DNA of 64,000 nucleotides from Lama guanicoe. Its lineage: Eukaryota. The notes under the pieces are model-generated. The model was not told the origin of the DNA and searched no databases. It saw only the letters and a list, made by a program, of their open reading frames with translations. Position 1 is the first letter of the stretch. Every line of letters begins with the position of its first letter. Positions 25,335-37,459 of this stretch are shown in pieces. The stretch spans positions 16,372,029 to 16,436,028 of the forward strand of contig MU054323.1 of assembly GCA_013239625.1 (NCBI GenBank), given 5' to 3'. The position numbers and the translations under genes were made by a program.

Positions 25335-25568
25335 GTGGTGGAAAGAGTTTTGGATTTAGAATTAAGAGAGGTAAGTAGATTAGAGTCTCACCTGATATTA
25401 CTTAGCTGAGTACTTGAAGCACATCACTAAAGCACTCCACGGCTCAATTTTATCATCTATAAGCTGAGGGGAGATGCTTATCTACAGTGTTGTGAGAACA
25501 AAGGTCATGAATGTAAAAATTCTTTGAAGATGGTCAAGTGTTCTACAGAAGTACACTACTACTATTTT
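25335..25568 (+). mobile_element. MIR-family SINE, head-to-head with the previous copy
   Basis: GTGGAAAGAG..TTGGATTTAGAAT...CTCAATTTTATCATCTATAA...GTTGTGAGAAC. Confidence 0.65.
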
Positions 25569-25639
25569 TTAAGCACAGACTATATCCAGCAGTAGGCTAG
25601 GAGCTATGAGAAATTTAGAAGGCTTTTTTTGTAGTCTGT

Positions 25640-26045
25640 CCTGACACCCTCTCCTTACTTCTTTCACATCCATTCTAGGAGCTTCATGCCCTCATCACAT
25701 TGAACTTTTTAGATTTTCAATACATAACTTGCCTTTTCCTATCTCTGTGCCTTTACATATTCTGGTCTTCTGTCTGGAATGCCCTTCCTCTAGGAACTCT
25801 GATGCATCCTGCAGAGGCCTATTCCAACTCTCCTGGGTAGAGTTAAATTTTCCTCTTCTGGGCTCCTATACAGCGTGTTCACATCTCTATTATAGCACTT
25901 CCCACAGCATATTGTAATTCATCTGTGTATATATATCTGCTTTTGCCCCTTCCTAAGCCATGAACTTCTCAAGGGCAAGTGTTGCCATTGTATTAAGTGT
26001 ACCTGGCACATGAAGACACCCAAAGGCTTGCTTGCTGAGTGAACA
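25640..26045 (+). mobile_element. L2 3' end
   Basis: TCTGTCTGGAATGCCCTTCC...TATTATAGCACTT...CCTGGCACAT...TTGCTGAGTGAA tail. Confidence 0.75.
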
Positions 26046-27622
26046 GTTAGAGGTGTAAGAATTACTACCCTGACTCACAGAAACATTACAACCCAATAGA
26101 GGGGCAAGACAGATAGATGTGGAATGCTAGCAAAGTACACAGGGTAATAGATTATATTATATGGTACGTACAGGCCCTCGGATGAATTCATGCACTGCTA
26201 AATAACCAGGGCAGATCAGTAAGTTCTGTGGTATTAGTTAATGATAGGAAATGAGTGAGAATGGCAGTTGGGGGGACACACATTAAATCCACCAGAATTT
26301 CTTTAAGGAGGAAGTCCCATTGATTTGGAAGCCCCATTGTGTTAGACACAAAGTACTACTAAGTACTCAAGGGATTTGTTTCAGGGCAGAAGTGTTCTCC
26401 AGGAGGTAGGAGATCTATCTGAAGTCCCAGAGCAGTAAGGGAAGGGGAGAATGGAGGTGGACTGAGGAAGATGGCTGAAGACCACAAGCCCAAAAGCTCT
26501 CTGTGAAAGTTGTCTAAATCCTGAAGAGCTTGTACTGAATAGATTTTTTAAAATGGAACCAATGGATGGACTTGAACCAGAGTGATTCCACATGAATCCT
26601 GGGGCAGGGAGGCAAAGAAAAGCAAGGCACAGGTGCTCTGAGGGTCCAAAGACATTGATTTGGGGTTTGGGCTAGTTTTAACCAAATCTCTAAGAAATGG
26701 AGCTGGGGGCTGAGGGATGGGGACATTGACATCCGGATGACAAAATCAAAATGGATTGTTCTCCCAAAGCAAACTTCTGGCTGTGATTCTTCAGGAATCG
26801 TTCACATTAAAGCAAAGTGATACTTCAATTCTCCTTATAGACATTCCTGTAGCCGCGGACCTTTTGACCCACGATCCATAAATGTCCATCTGTGGATCAT
26901 GCTGAGGATAGAGGAAAAGTTTGCACCTGCTTGTGGCTAAGTGAGGAAGAACATCAATAATGTAAGTTGTTTATAACACTAAATTCATTTACCTTAAAGG
27001 ATTGTCTTTATTTTAAAATCATATTCTTGTGAATCTTTTTGTTTAAAATGTCCTTTCTTTTTGAATTGATGCTTTCTTTTTGATGTCCTTATGTGGCAGA
27101 ATTAAATTGTCCATCTCCTAAATTTCTTGGAAATTTCATTCATTTATAAAACCCAAAATTCTAGGAACCATCTTTCTTAATGTATAACTAAGTATAATTT
27201 CAATTAGCTCGTTTATCCTAAATGAAATGGAAGGAAGGAGACTTATTTTCAGCTCTGAAATCCACTATTGCTGGTCTTGGTTGGTGTTGTTTACGGCAAT
27301 GCCTTTTGGGTCACATCATTCACAGCCTCTTCAAATTAAAATTTGTAAGTGGAGGAACTGCCACAGCCCCTCACCCCCACCCCAAGACTGCATATGAACA
27401 GGGTTTGGTTCTGTAATCAATATGCCATTTAACAAAGTAAATCTGGTGCCTAGTAAAAACAATGCCTTGCATTGTATGATTACAAAGCAGTGTTTATGTA
27501 ATTATTACATATTTTAACTTACATAATTATGAAATGCACAATTATTATTACACTGCACAGTAATTGACCACAAATGGCACACATTTCACGTAAATGACTA
27601 CAATTCCTGTAACTTCTCATAT

Positions 27623-27795
27623 CAAGGACCAACTTCATGAGTGTGCAAGCTGTTTAGGCCCATAGGTCCCCTGCTCCAGAGAGCCTGTGTTTGGTTTAAT
27701 GCTCTGATGTCACTGTCTTGAAATTGTTAACTTTTGAACAAGGGACCCCACATTTTCCCTTTACACTCAGCCTGCAAATTATATAGTGGATCCTT
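27623..27795 (+). mobile_element. MER91A-like hAT-Tip100 MITE
   Basis: TTGGTTTAATGCTCTG.TGTCACTGTCTTGAAATT...TTTTGAACAAGGG.CCC; TSD TCTCATAT / TTTCATAC (6/8). Confidence 0.8.
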
Positions 27796-29544
27796 TTTCA
27801 TACCGTCCACTCTTATAAGGAGTCAGGGCAGGCTGGGAGATAGATATAGAAGGACTGTGCAGAGAGGAAGGAGAGAGTCTGTTCTCCACACTCTGAATCT
27901 CTTTAGCCAGCTCAGGAGTCCTTGCCTCCAGTCCAGCCGGGAGGGCTTGTCCTGTTATTCATAAGATCCTGGCCCTTTTCTTCCCCTAGAGGAAGAAGGA
28001 AGAGTTAACTTTTCAGAAAATAACGAGTTTAAGTTAACCTGTTGTAAAGGGAGAGGGCTGGGGATGTGTGTGAAAAGGAGGGACTGCTGATGGAGAGTGG
28101 GGAGAAGTAGGAAAAATGTCTTTGGAGATTTGGAAACATGAGGTGATGTCAGAATTCAGTTGCAGCCCCTGAGCCCTTAGGTTATCAGAACAGAGATCAC
28201 TTAGGTTAATGCAGACCAGTCACCCTGGAGGGACTAAAAGGTGGTGTGGGGGTTCCTCTCCAGTCCCTTCTCTGGTATAACCCTTGTGCTGGTGGTGCCT
28301 ACAGCATAAGTTGGGCTTTACTGGGGGAGGAGTAGAGAGAATAATTCACAGTGGTCAAGTGGCCAAGCAAAGGCCTTCAGTAAAACAGAAATACTTAATG
28401 GGATAAATTGTTAATTGTGAATATGGAATGCAACCTACCTAGCTCTCCCTCACTCTTCTATAACATCTTTGGTGAAGCTGATACTGCTCCCGTATGGTTC
28501 TGTTAGTGAATTTCTTTGGGAACTCAAAAAAATACGAAGTACTGAATCCAAGTTGATTCAACATGAAAATAAAGATTGTTCACATGAGTCAGGAACAAGA
28601 AGACAGGTGAACCATAGGCAACTGGCCTCTGAGTTGGGTGGCCTCAGTGATAATCTGAGTTCTACCATGATGGTCTTGATGAGATCTTGAGAATAAGTCT
28701 GTGGTCCTAGAGTGTGGTGGGGATGATGGGTGCCCTTATGAGCAGATGAAGCCTATGTGAGCTGTGAACTTGTCAGCTTTGGGATTTGTCAACCTTGCTC
28801 AGGCTCTTTCTAAAATTTTTGTACTTGTGAGGGTGATGGTTTGCTTAACTCATATAGTAGACTTCAGACATCATGAAAAATAGTACTTTTATTGTTAGTT
28901 ATGTAGCTTTTTAAATTCTTTAAGTTTCTTATTTTTTCTTTTTCTCTCTTTCTATTTCCCTCTTTTCTTTTTATTCTTCCACATTCTTCGTAAGTCCACT
29001 TAAAGCTTTACCAATGCTAGGATGTTAAGTTAAGACAGAGGGTATGTTGCCTGGAGCCACAGGCCAGAACATTGGGCAGGCATGTGGGAAAGAAATATTT
29101 TGGCAGCAATATAGCTTAGGAAGCCAATATTTTTTGCCATAAGTTACAGTAAATATTTACAAATTCAGTCTCACGTGGGTGTTCAGATTTTGAGTGAAAA
29201 GCAATCTCATGCACTGATATTTATTTTGAATATGTTCCCCTCTTTTCAGTAACCATGACTAATTCCCCTTTTCACAGAGAGTAGAGAGCAAGTCAGCTCT
29301 CAGTTTAAACACACACACACACCAGTTTACTATGCACATTCTGGCAGTAGGCATATAATTAGAATGTAGGAGTAAGAAAACAAATGCAACTCCTAAAATC
29401 ATAGTACCAATTAATAAATAAACTAAGCACTGTTGCTAAAGAGGCTCAACCACAAGTCCACTGATTATTACTCTGGCTTTCCCCAGGAAGGCAAATAATT
29501 GGTAAAGTCTGAGTGTGATGCAAATGAACTGAAGCTAATAAAGA

Positions 29545-29990
29545 TATTTATTGAGTATTGTTGTTGATGCTGTGAGAGATGTGAGAATAATATGATAAGA
29601 TCCTTGCCTTCAAGGAACTTAATTAACATTTGTAAAGAAGATACATCCACAATGCAAATTTAAGTGACCATAAATGATGTCAATGACACTTGAAGATAGC
29701 AACAGAAGAGAGACAGGGATGATGAATTTATAAGTGAAATGTATGGAGTTGTCTCAGAGAGGTAAGAGATTATTGGGGGCTAGCAGGAAAGGAAAATCTC
29801 TCTGGAGGAGGTAGAATTTGAGTATTGGAAAAGGGCATTGCAGGCAGCAGAAGCCATGAGCAGAATCACAGTGGTGGTGAGAGATTTGTGTGCACAAGAG
29901 TGAAATGAGCCTGGCCAAAAGGAGTTTTGGAATGTTGAATAATTGGAGATAGCCAGTGTGTTGGATTACCAAGGGCCTTGACCTTCGGGG
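29545..29990 (-). mobile_element. L2 fragment
   Basis: ATATTTATTGAGT...CCTTGCCTTCAAGGAACTT...GGGCATTGCAGGCAG. Confidence 0.6.
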
Positions 29991-31893
29991 TTAGAAGAGT
30001 CACTATGCACCATGAAAGCCTTGCTCTGACATGATAATCTTCTCTGAAACTACCTTCCCCTCCAAGCCATCTTAGCCTTCTATCCCTTTCTGTTTTTATG
30101 TTGAAGCCAGGAGTCCATTCTTATTGGCTAGGCCTGCCCTTCCTTGCTCCAGTGGTCCAAGTCTGACATAAATTTAGGATGGCAGGTGAGTGTCCAGGCC
30201 TTGTGGAAACTCCTTAAATTTCATTACTATTTCAACTTAAGCAGGGCTGGTTTTGAAAATGGAGTGGTGAAGTCTTCTAGCCTTTAGATGTATGGAAACT
30301 CCTTCTGTGTGCACAGTGGAAACAGAGGGCTTCTCATATCTACTACTCCCAGAACCCACTCACTTGGTCCCCAACCCCAAAGCCTGAGAAATAGGTACAA
30401 AACAAAATTTGTTCAAAGGACAAGTATTGCATAAAGATTCATTTCAATCCCTGAACAAGGCTTTATGAATACCGACCTGATAATGCATTATTATAAGAAC
30501 ATGAAAAGCACAGACTTTGTGGTGATGCCTTCAGAGCTAAGTAATTCTGGAGAGTAATTATGAAGCAGGAGAATGATTATACAAACTGCAGACTAAACAT
30601 TTAAGCCCTGTGTGTGGGGGGCCAGCTGACAAGTGAAGGTAATTAATAGGCAGTTACAACATGGAGGATTCCGGAAAATAGAGTTTTGTCGTCTGAAATT
30701 CAGAGTCTCTGACAGAAGAATATTAGTAAGATGAATGTAGTTGGATCAAGTAATCTTGAGAGGAAGGGCATTCTCAAATCATTTTTGGAAGAAAAATCCC
30801 TGGTGGTGTTTGTTTCCCTCTGTCCCTTTATGAAAGAGTGTTCTTCTTGTGTATTACGGTTGGCAAGCATGTGGGTAAAAGAGATGTCACAAGCAGCTGC
30901 TACAGCTGTACAAGCAAGCCGCTGGGAGGATCAGACTCTTGTTAGTTTTTATGAAGTTAGGTGTCTGGTCTTTGTTTCTTTGCCTTCCAAAGACACTTCC
31001 TGGCAGAAAGTTACAAACAGTGCTTAACAGAAAACTCCAGGCAACATCTGCTCTGTAGCTTGGCAGGCTACAGTTGGTCCCGAGCATGGCTTGCTAATTT
31101 TCTGTGTCAGGTGTGTCTGTGGTGGTGATGGGTCTCAGCCAAATAGGACCCTCTAATCACTAATCCCTTCTCCTGCCCCAGATGCACTGATTACTAGAAG
31201 GTGTGACAGGGATTATTCCTGCCTTCCTTTGGGTCACAGGGGAAAAGAAAGGAGCATAATGGGCTTTTTGGACAGCTAGGAGCCCAGTTCCCATGAGGCT
31301 GACCTTTGATGACCTCTGTCTTCTTCTATATTCTTTTGGGACCCTTTCCTCCATACCACTCTTATCCTCACTTGCTTTCTTACTCTCTCAACGTTCAGTC
31401 TGATCTTCCTTTGGAACACCACCAAAGTCTTCTTTCCTTTTACTGTATACCCACCTTCCAAAATGATCCCTTTCCCCACCTTTTCATAATGTCCATTCCC
31501 TCAGGGCTAACCCCAGAAGAAGAAACTGATTGATGAATTCATACGAATATATGAGTGGCTTGGAGGGTTATAAAATTCAGATGGTTATTCATTAGAGAAA
31601 ACCTTTTAAAGCCAAGTGGTTAAGAATATTTTATATTCTGCTCATCCCTGTAAAGCAGATACTCATACAATCTCAATTTAACAGATTGGGGCTCAATAAA
31701 CATAAGCAACCTACTTATATAAATAATCAAGGCAGGGCTTGAACCCAGAATTCTCATTCCAAGAGGACTTACTCATTCCCTTACACTCTGCTGCCTAAAT
31801 AGCTGGTGAAAATGTTTTTAGACAGTTGATTCTTCTCAACTTTTAGGACAACGAATAGGTTAATCTCTAAAAGTTAGCAATTTGCCAAGGGGG

Positions 31894-32262
31894 TACAGTG
31901 AACTGAGTTGTGTCTCCACCAAATAAATCCATATGTTGAAGCCCTAGCACCCAACAGGAAGACATTTGGAGACAGGGCCTTTTGGGGAGATAATTATATG
32001 TAAATGAGGTATGAGGGTGGGGTTCTCATGGTGGAATTAGTGCTGTTATAGGAAGAGACACCAGACAGCTTGCTTTCTTTTTCTCTTGGCCATGTAAGGA
32101 CATAGCAAGGAGCAAGCCAGGAAGTATTCTCATCAGAACTCGACTGTACTGGCACCCTGATCTCAGGCTTCCAGCCTCCAGAACTATGAAAAAATAAATT
32201 TCTGTTGTTTAAACCACCCAGTCTGTGGTATTTTGTTATGGCAGCCCAAGTTGACTAATACA
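31894..32262 (+). mobile_element. MaLR solo LTR (MLT1A-like)
   Basis: CATATGTTGAAGCCCTA...TTTGGAGACAGGGCC...CTTCCAGCCTCCAGAACT...AATAAATTTCTGTTGTTTAA...GACTAATACA. Confidence 0.9.
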
Positions 32263-33649
32263 GGAGAATGCAGAGAGAACTAGGACCGTTGTGCCAGTGT
32301 GTAGCCATCTCTGTTTCCTTATCAAATGCCCACGTGATGAATCCCAAGAAACCAGGAAAGAACTAGGAAAAAAACAAAAACAAAAAACTGAAGGAAAAAA
32401 TTAAAATGCTGCTACATTTTAATTAAGTTTTCTTAAAAGTATGTTTTGTTATGAAACCCTGAGTATAAGCCACTTGCTACAAGATAATCCATAATTTCTC
32501 TCAGCCTAGTGATATCAGCTTGGAGTTTTCCCCTCCCCCGCCTTTCCTAATTGGACAGAATGTTCCCAATTGTATTAGTTATAAAAAAAAACATACAAAA
32601 GCCATGCATAGTCATTTAAAATAATTCTCTTCTTGACTTGGTCGGTTCCATCTGGTCTTCCAAATGAAAGAAATGCCCTTGAATGAGCTTTATTCTCTGC
32701 AAGTTACTTTTTATGATGCCAAAGCCACACATCTGGTGAGTGGCAGATGGGAAAGTTTCCCCCTGGGATAAGCCCAGTGGGGATGATTCACATCACCCAA
32801 GGGTGATGTCATAGTCGAAGATAACTGAAACTTGCTTAGGCAGAGGAATTTGCTGTCTCTCACAACCAAACCACAAGAGGATAGGGGTGCAGCTGGCTTT
32901 AGGGGTAAAGGGATTGAGGACTCAACCATAATAAGCCTCCATCCTTCCATCCCTGGCCTCTTCTGTTCTCTACTTATTGCTTCCATTCTGTCTGAGAAAT
33001 GTCCTCCTGACAGCTGGAAATAAGACCAGCAGGAGCAACAAACCCATGCAGCTCATAGCCTGGGTCCAGTACTCACTCCCAAAACCAGTTGACATTGATG
33101 ATAGCTATTTTAAACCACATAAATGGAATGGAGGAGGAGATTATCTCCCAAAGATAAGAAATGCTATTCATAAAAGAAGTGCAGAAAGGAGCTAGGTAAA
33201 TTCCAAATAAATGATACTATAAAATGGTAATGGGAGTCACAAATAAATGATAGTAAAGCTGATTTTTAATGCATTACATGTATTCTTGAAATACAATTTT
33301 CAAAGAAAAATTTGATTTGTAGCATCTAAAATTCCCATTATTTTACATGATTGAAGTAGAAATATGAATGAACAGAAAATTTTTAAATACATAATAAACC
33401 TACACTTTATTTATTTGACTCACACATTTTAAAGACAGTGATAGTTTTCAGATGGAAAATGACTCTAAAAAGAACTTTTGAAAAATAATGATAATGCGGA
33501 AGAACTCAAGTAATGAAATATGTTTTCACCTGTCATTTTTTCTTAAGTATGTGCAACGTAACTGTAAAATAATGGGACAAAAAAAGTGGCAGGCACACAA
33601 GAATCCTAAGCCAACAAGTTTAAAATATAGTCATTTTGTTGGTATGACA

Positions 33650-34050
33650 GCTAATATTTATTGAATGTTTATTAAGTGTGGGTTACTGTTATAAAACTTT
33701 GATTGGCATTATCTGAATTAATACTCAAAACAAGTAGTTGTCAAAGTAACATTAATGGCCAAATCCAGCCCACTGCCTGTTTTGGTCTAGAGTTTTCCTG
33801 GAACAACAGCAGCGCCCAGTCATTTATGCATTGTCTATGGCTCCTTTCATGCTAATGTAGAATCGAGTAGTTATAACAAAGACTATAAGGACTGCCTAAA
33901 GAATCCGTTAGCTGATCCTTGTAAAACAGTCCTCTGAAGTAATTACCATTATCCCCACTTGATGCCCAGGTCACAGTACTTGGTATTATCAAGGTGGTGA
34001 TTCAAAGCTGGGTTGTCTGAATATAAAGTCTGTAATCTTTTCATGTATTT
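33650..34050 (-). mobile_element. MIR interrupted by a MER58A
   Basis: MIR antisense sequence stops at about 33730 and resumes at about 33922. Confidence 0.6.
33731..33921 (+). mobile_element. MER58A hAT-Charlie MITE
   Basis: GGCCAAATCCAGCCCACTGCCTGTTTTTG...TTGTCTATGGCT...GTTAGCTGATCCTTG. Confidence 0.75.
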
Positions 34051-35518
34051 TGCACAGCAGAGAGCACAGTTCCTGGGGCCAGAATATTTGGGTTCAAGTC
34101 AGCCTCTACCACCTAGTAGCTGTGTGTTGGACATCTTGATTCGCTGCCCCGTGTCTCAGATTTCTCCACAGATCTTCCAGCTGGTGGCAGACGCTGCTAG
34201 TCATCCTGGGCATCAGCACAGCCCCTGGACCCCGTGTATCTGTCCCAGCCCTGCATTGCAGGGCTTCCCACTCTTTGGAATGACTTCCTCCATTTTCCAA
34301 AGTTCTCCTCAGATATCCGGGAACAACTACCCAGGGTAGCAGTGTTATCTGGGCAGGGTCCTGGGACCAATATCCTTGTGGACCCTGGTCCTCATTTCTC
34401 CCCTTTGGGGTGTTTTTTGATCTTTACTCCCCATCCACCATGATGGCCAGACCATATGCCCCAAGAGACTCCAGGCTTCATATCTATGGGATCATTCTGG
34501 GGCCCCTGGCCTGGCCCTGATTTTAGAAGGGTGACCTGAAAAGCAATTGCTCCCTAGGATAGCCCTGTCTTCACTAGTGAGATTTTGTGACATTGAGCCA
34601 CCATACAAGTGCAGATACACCGATTTTGATGACTCCCACAGAGGAGACAAGTTCATGGCTATAGTGTACCCATTGCTCACTGCCCACCCTTGGGCTACCA
34701 CATTTGTCAGCTCTTAGCCCTCCATGTTCCAATATATGGTTGCCTCTGTTCTGTGGCCCCCTAGGGAAGCAGTGGCATCATACATTCTTTCCTTTGTGTA
34801 CCTCCCATCACTGGCACCAGGTTGGTCAAATCCCCCTCCAGAGATCTGTGACATTCTCCTCAGGCAGCTTTCGAGCTGTTGCTCTGCCATACCTGTAGAC
34901 TCTTCTGATTGACACCCTCTCTAGGCTCCAAATATGTGTTGACATTGAACTTCATTTTTAAGCCTCATTAGTGAGAGATGAACATTCCTCGGACAAATAG
35001 GAGCACTTATCTTTGTCTCCTCCGAGCCTCTTCCCTCCCCTCCCCCTGGTGGTGGTCTGTGGAAGGCAGAGGTGCTGCCAATGTTGGAACAAATCACATT
35101 CTAGGAATCATCGATTCCCCAAAGGAGTTCAAGAGAAGATATGGTCAGAAAATGTGCTGGCCTAGGTTTATTCTAGAAAATTTCATACAGTGAATTTAAC
35201 ATGATCAGAAAGTAAATTAACATTCATAGTTTCCTCTATACTCTGGGTAAAGCTTGCCTTTGTGGTCTCCATCCACAAAGCCAGGAACAACCTTTGAGAG
35301 AGTCACTGGAAGCTAGGATTCACGGGTGGCAGGATGGGTGACGTAACCAGCATTAAATACCTAAATAATATTAGGGAAATGTAGAGGCAAGCAGATCTAT
35401 ATTGTTTCAGTACAGACATGTTCTGAAGAGCCATGATGTTGTGAGTAATAACGGCACTATTAGCCTCTTTTCCCAGGGGGAATGGTGAAATTAACATATC
35501 TAACAATAAAGAACACAG

Positions 35519-35624
35519 TTCTTTATTGTTGTAAATGATTTGTAAATGATTTGTAAATGAAATATGTTGTAAATGAGTTGTAAAATGATTATAAGTCAAT
35601 AAATAAAATGTTAAAAAAAAAAAA
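35519..35624 (+). mobile_element. Extremely 5'-truncated L1-type insertion with a complex templated 5' junction
   Basis: 11-bp TSD AAAGAACACAG (35508-35518, 35622-35632); AATAAA at 35598; A12 tail; the 3' part resembles a cetartiodactyl L1 terminus. Confidence 0.75.
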
Positions 35625-36142
35625 GAACACAGATAGTTCTGGCACTTGCACCGGAAGTGATGGTGCCTAGGCACTGTAAATAATCTTCACTCACACCCAT
35701 TGGACAATAAACAGATGAGAAAATGCCTCTTTTCTACTTATTGTTCTACATTTCCACCAATAAATCATTATACCTCACGCAGGGTCATGAATTTTGTAAC
35801 ACATTTAAAAAGTCAAATTGCAAGGACCCTGCAAAAAGTCTTTGCCTAGGGATACACGCCCTAAGGACAGTCCTCCTTGGGGTCATCTTACTTTCTTTGC
35901 TATTAAGGCACTCATGCTTTTGTTTGTAGTTTCTCCTATCTCTTTTCAGGCTTTTCCTGTATGATTTCTATTTAGGTTGATCTTTCTTTGTTGTCTCCTT
36001 TTCAAAAATCAGCTTATGCTTTGTAACATGTACACCCCTCAACTTCTCTTCAAGTACATAATACTGCCACCCTTTATCTTTGTCTCTTTGATCATGGCCT
36101 GTCTTACTCAGTCTGTCAGTCATTGCCTTTCTGTGTCACGCC

Positions 36143-36169
36143 CGCGCGCGCGCACATACACACACACAC
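36143..36169. repeat. (CG)5(CA)n alternating purine-pyrimidine tract
   Basis: 27 bp of uninterrupted alternation, read directly. Confidence 0.9.
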
Positions 36170-37459
36170 TGTCTCTCTCTGCATACACAACACACCATGA
36201 ATATGCACACACAACTGACGAATGTATTGTTTTAATGTATAGGCATTATGTTTACATAGAATTTGTCCTTTGCTTTAGGAACTATGAAACTCACGAAACA
36301 AAGAGCCTCATATTTGATACAGGAAGGAAAGTCCAGGATTACTTACCCTCATTCTCATATCTGGCATCTGGACAATTTGGTCATCGTATGCTGAGAATGC
36401 CAAGATGCCCAGGATGGCACAGTGGGGATTCTTTTAGATGCCCTGCTGTGTACTCCTGTCTGTGATTAGAACTTAGCTCTTTCCATCTTAACTTGCCTGT
36501 GGATCAAATGTCCTCTAACTTGTGACAGCTGCAGTGTTGGATGAGATAATGGAGTGTTATGTGTCATTCAAAGACTATGGGTACATTTTCACTATAGAAA
36601 GCTACTAAACTAAAATCACATTTTATATCATTTAGAAATGTCTGCATCGCCAAGATCTGTTTTTGCTTTCTACTAGGAGACAATACAGTCAGTTTTCACA
36701 TGTTGTTTCTCTTCGTTATTACAATTTATGTCTTTATTCCTGACACGATTTGGCTGTTCTAGAAATAGCCAATGCCACCAATTAGGACATAAAATCAGTT
36801 ACTGCTGACTTCCTGTTCTATTATGTGTTTATGCAGCAGCAGGGTAGGCATTTGAAATGCATTTGCTTGAGCACATTTAGATAATGTATGGTAAAGGTGA
36901 CAGGCTTTTTTCTTTTTTGCCATCTTGTACATTAGCATCTCTTAAGTGGCAGCTTAAAAACTTCATAAAGCACTAACATTGATTAAAAATGTTTGTTTAG
37001 GCTTGTTCAGGACTCTGAGTGCTTACAGGCTCCAAATCACATTCTTGTCCTTCTTTAAACCAGCAGCATTTAAAAGCTTGCTGTAATGGCTCTGTCTTAT
37101 TGTAGCAAACAATAAATTTCTATAAGGCTATGTTCTTCTATGAGGTAAATAATGAAAATGTATAAATATATAAAACAATCCAGATCCATGGAAACATTTG
37201 CAAGTATATATTTTTTAAAAAGGTTTCAATCCTATTAGTCTCTATATCCTTTGAATATGTTGGGAAAATGCATTCTACCTTGTTTTCTTTTCCTCAAAAT
37301 TGCTTTTCAGAATTTACGGCATTTTTCTCATCCAGTTAAGGCTCCTGAGAAATCTTAACTTCTTGTGACTTTATAGATTCTTGTGACTTTATAGCTGTGG
37401 ACTAATGAAAAAAAATTCTTCTGATAAACATAAATTGTAGGGTCTACTTTTTATCCACT

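Noticed and set aside
35529..35589. Tandem 11-bp units resembling a CRISPR-like or designed binding array
   Set aside because: No unique spacers, eukaryotic context; explained as part of the insertion junction.
35977..36465. 162-aa ORF
   Set aside because: Non-ATG start, crosses a microsatellite, unrecognisable composition.
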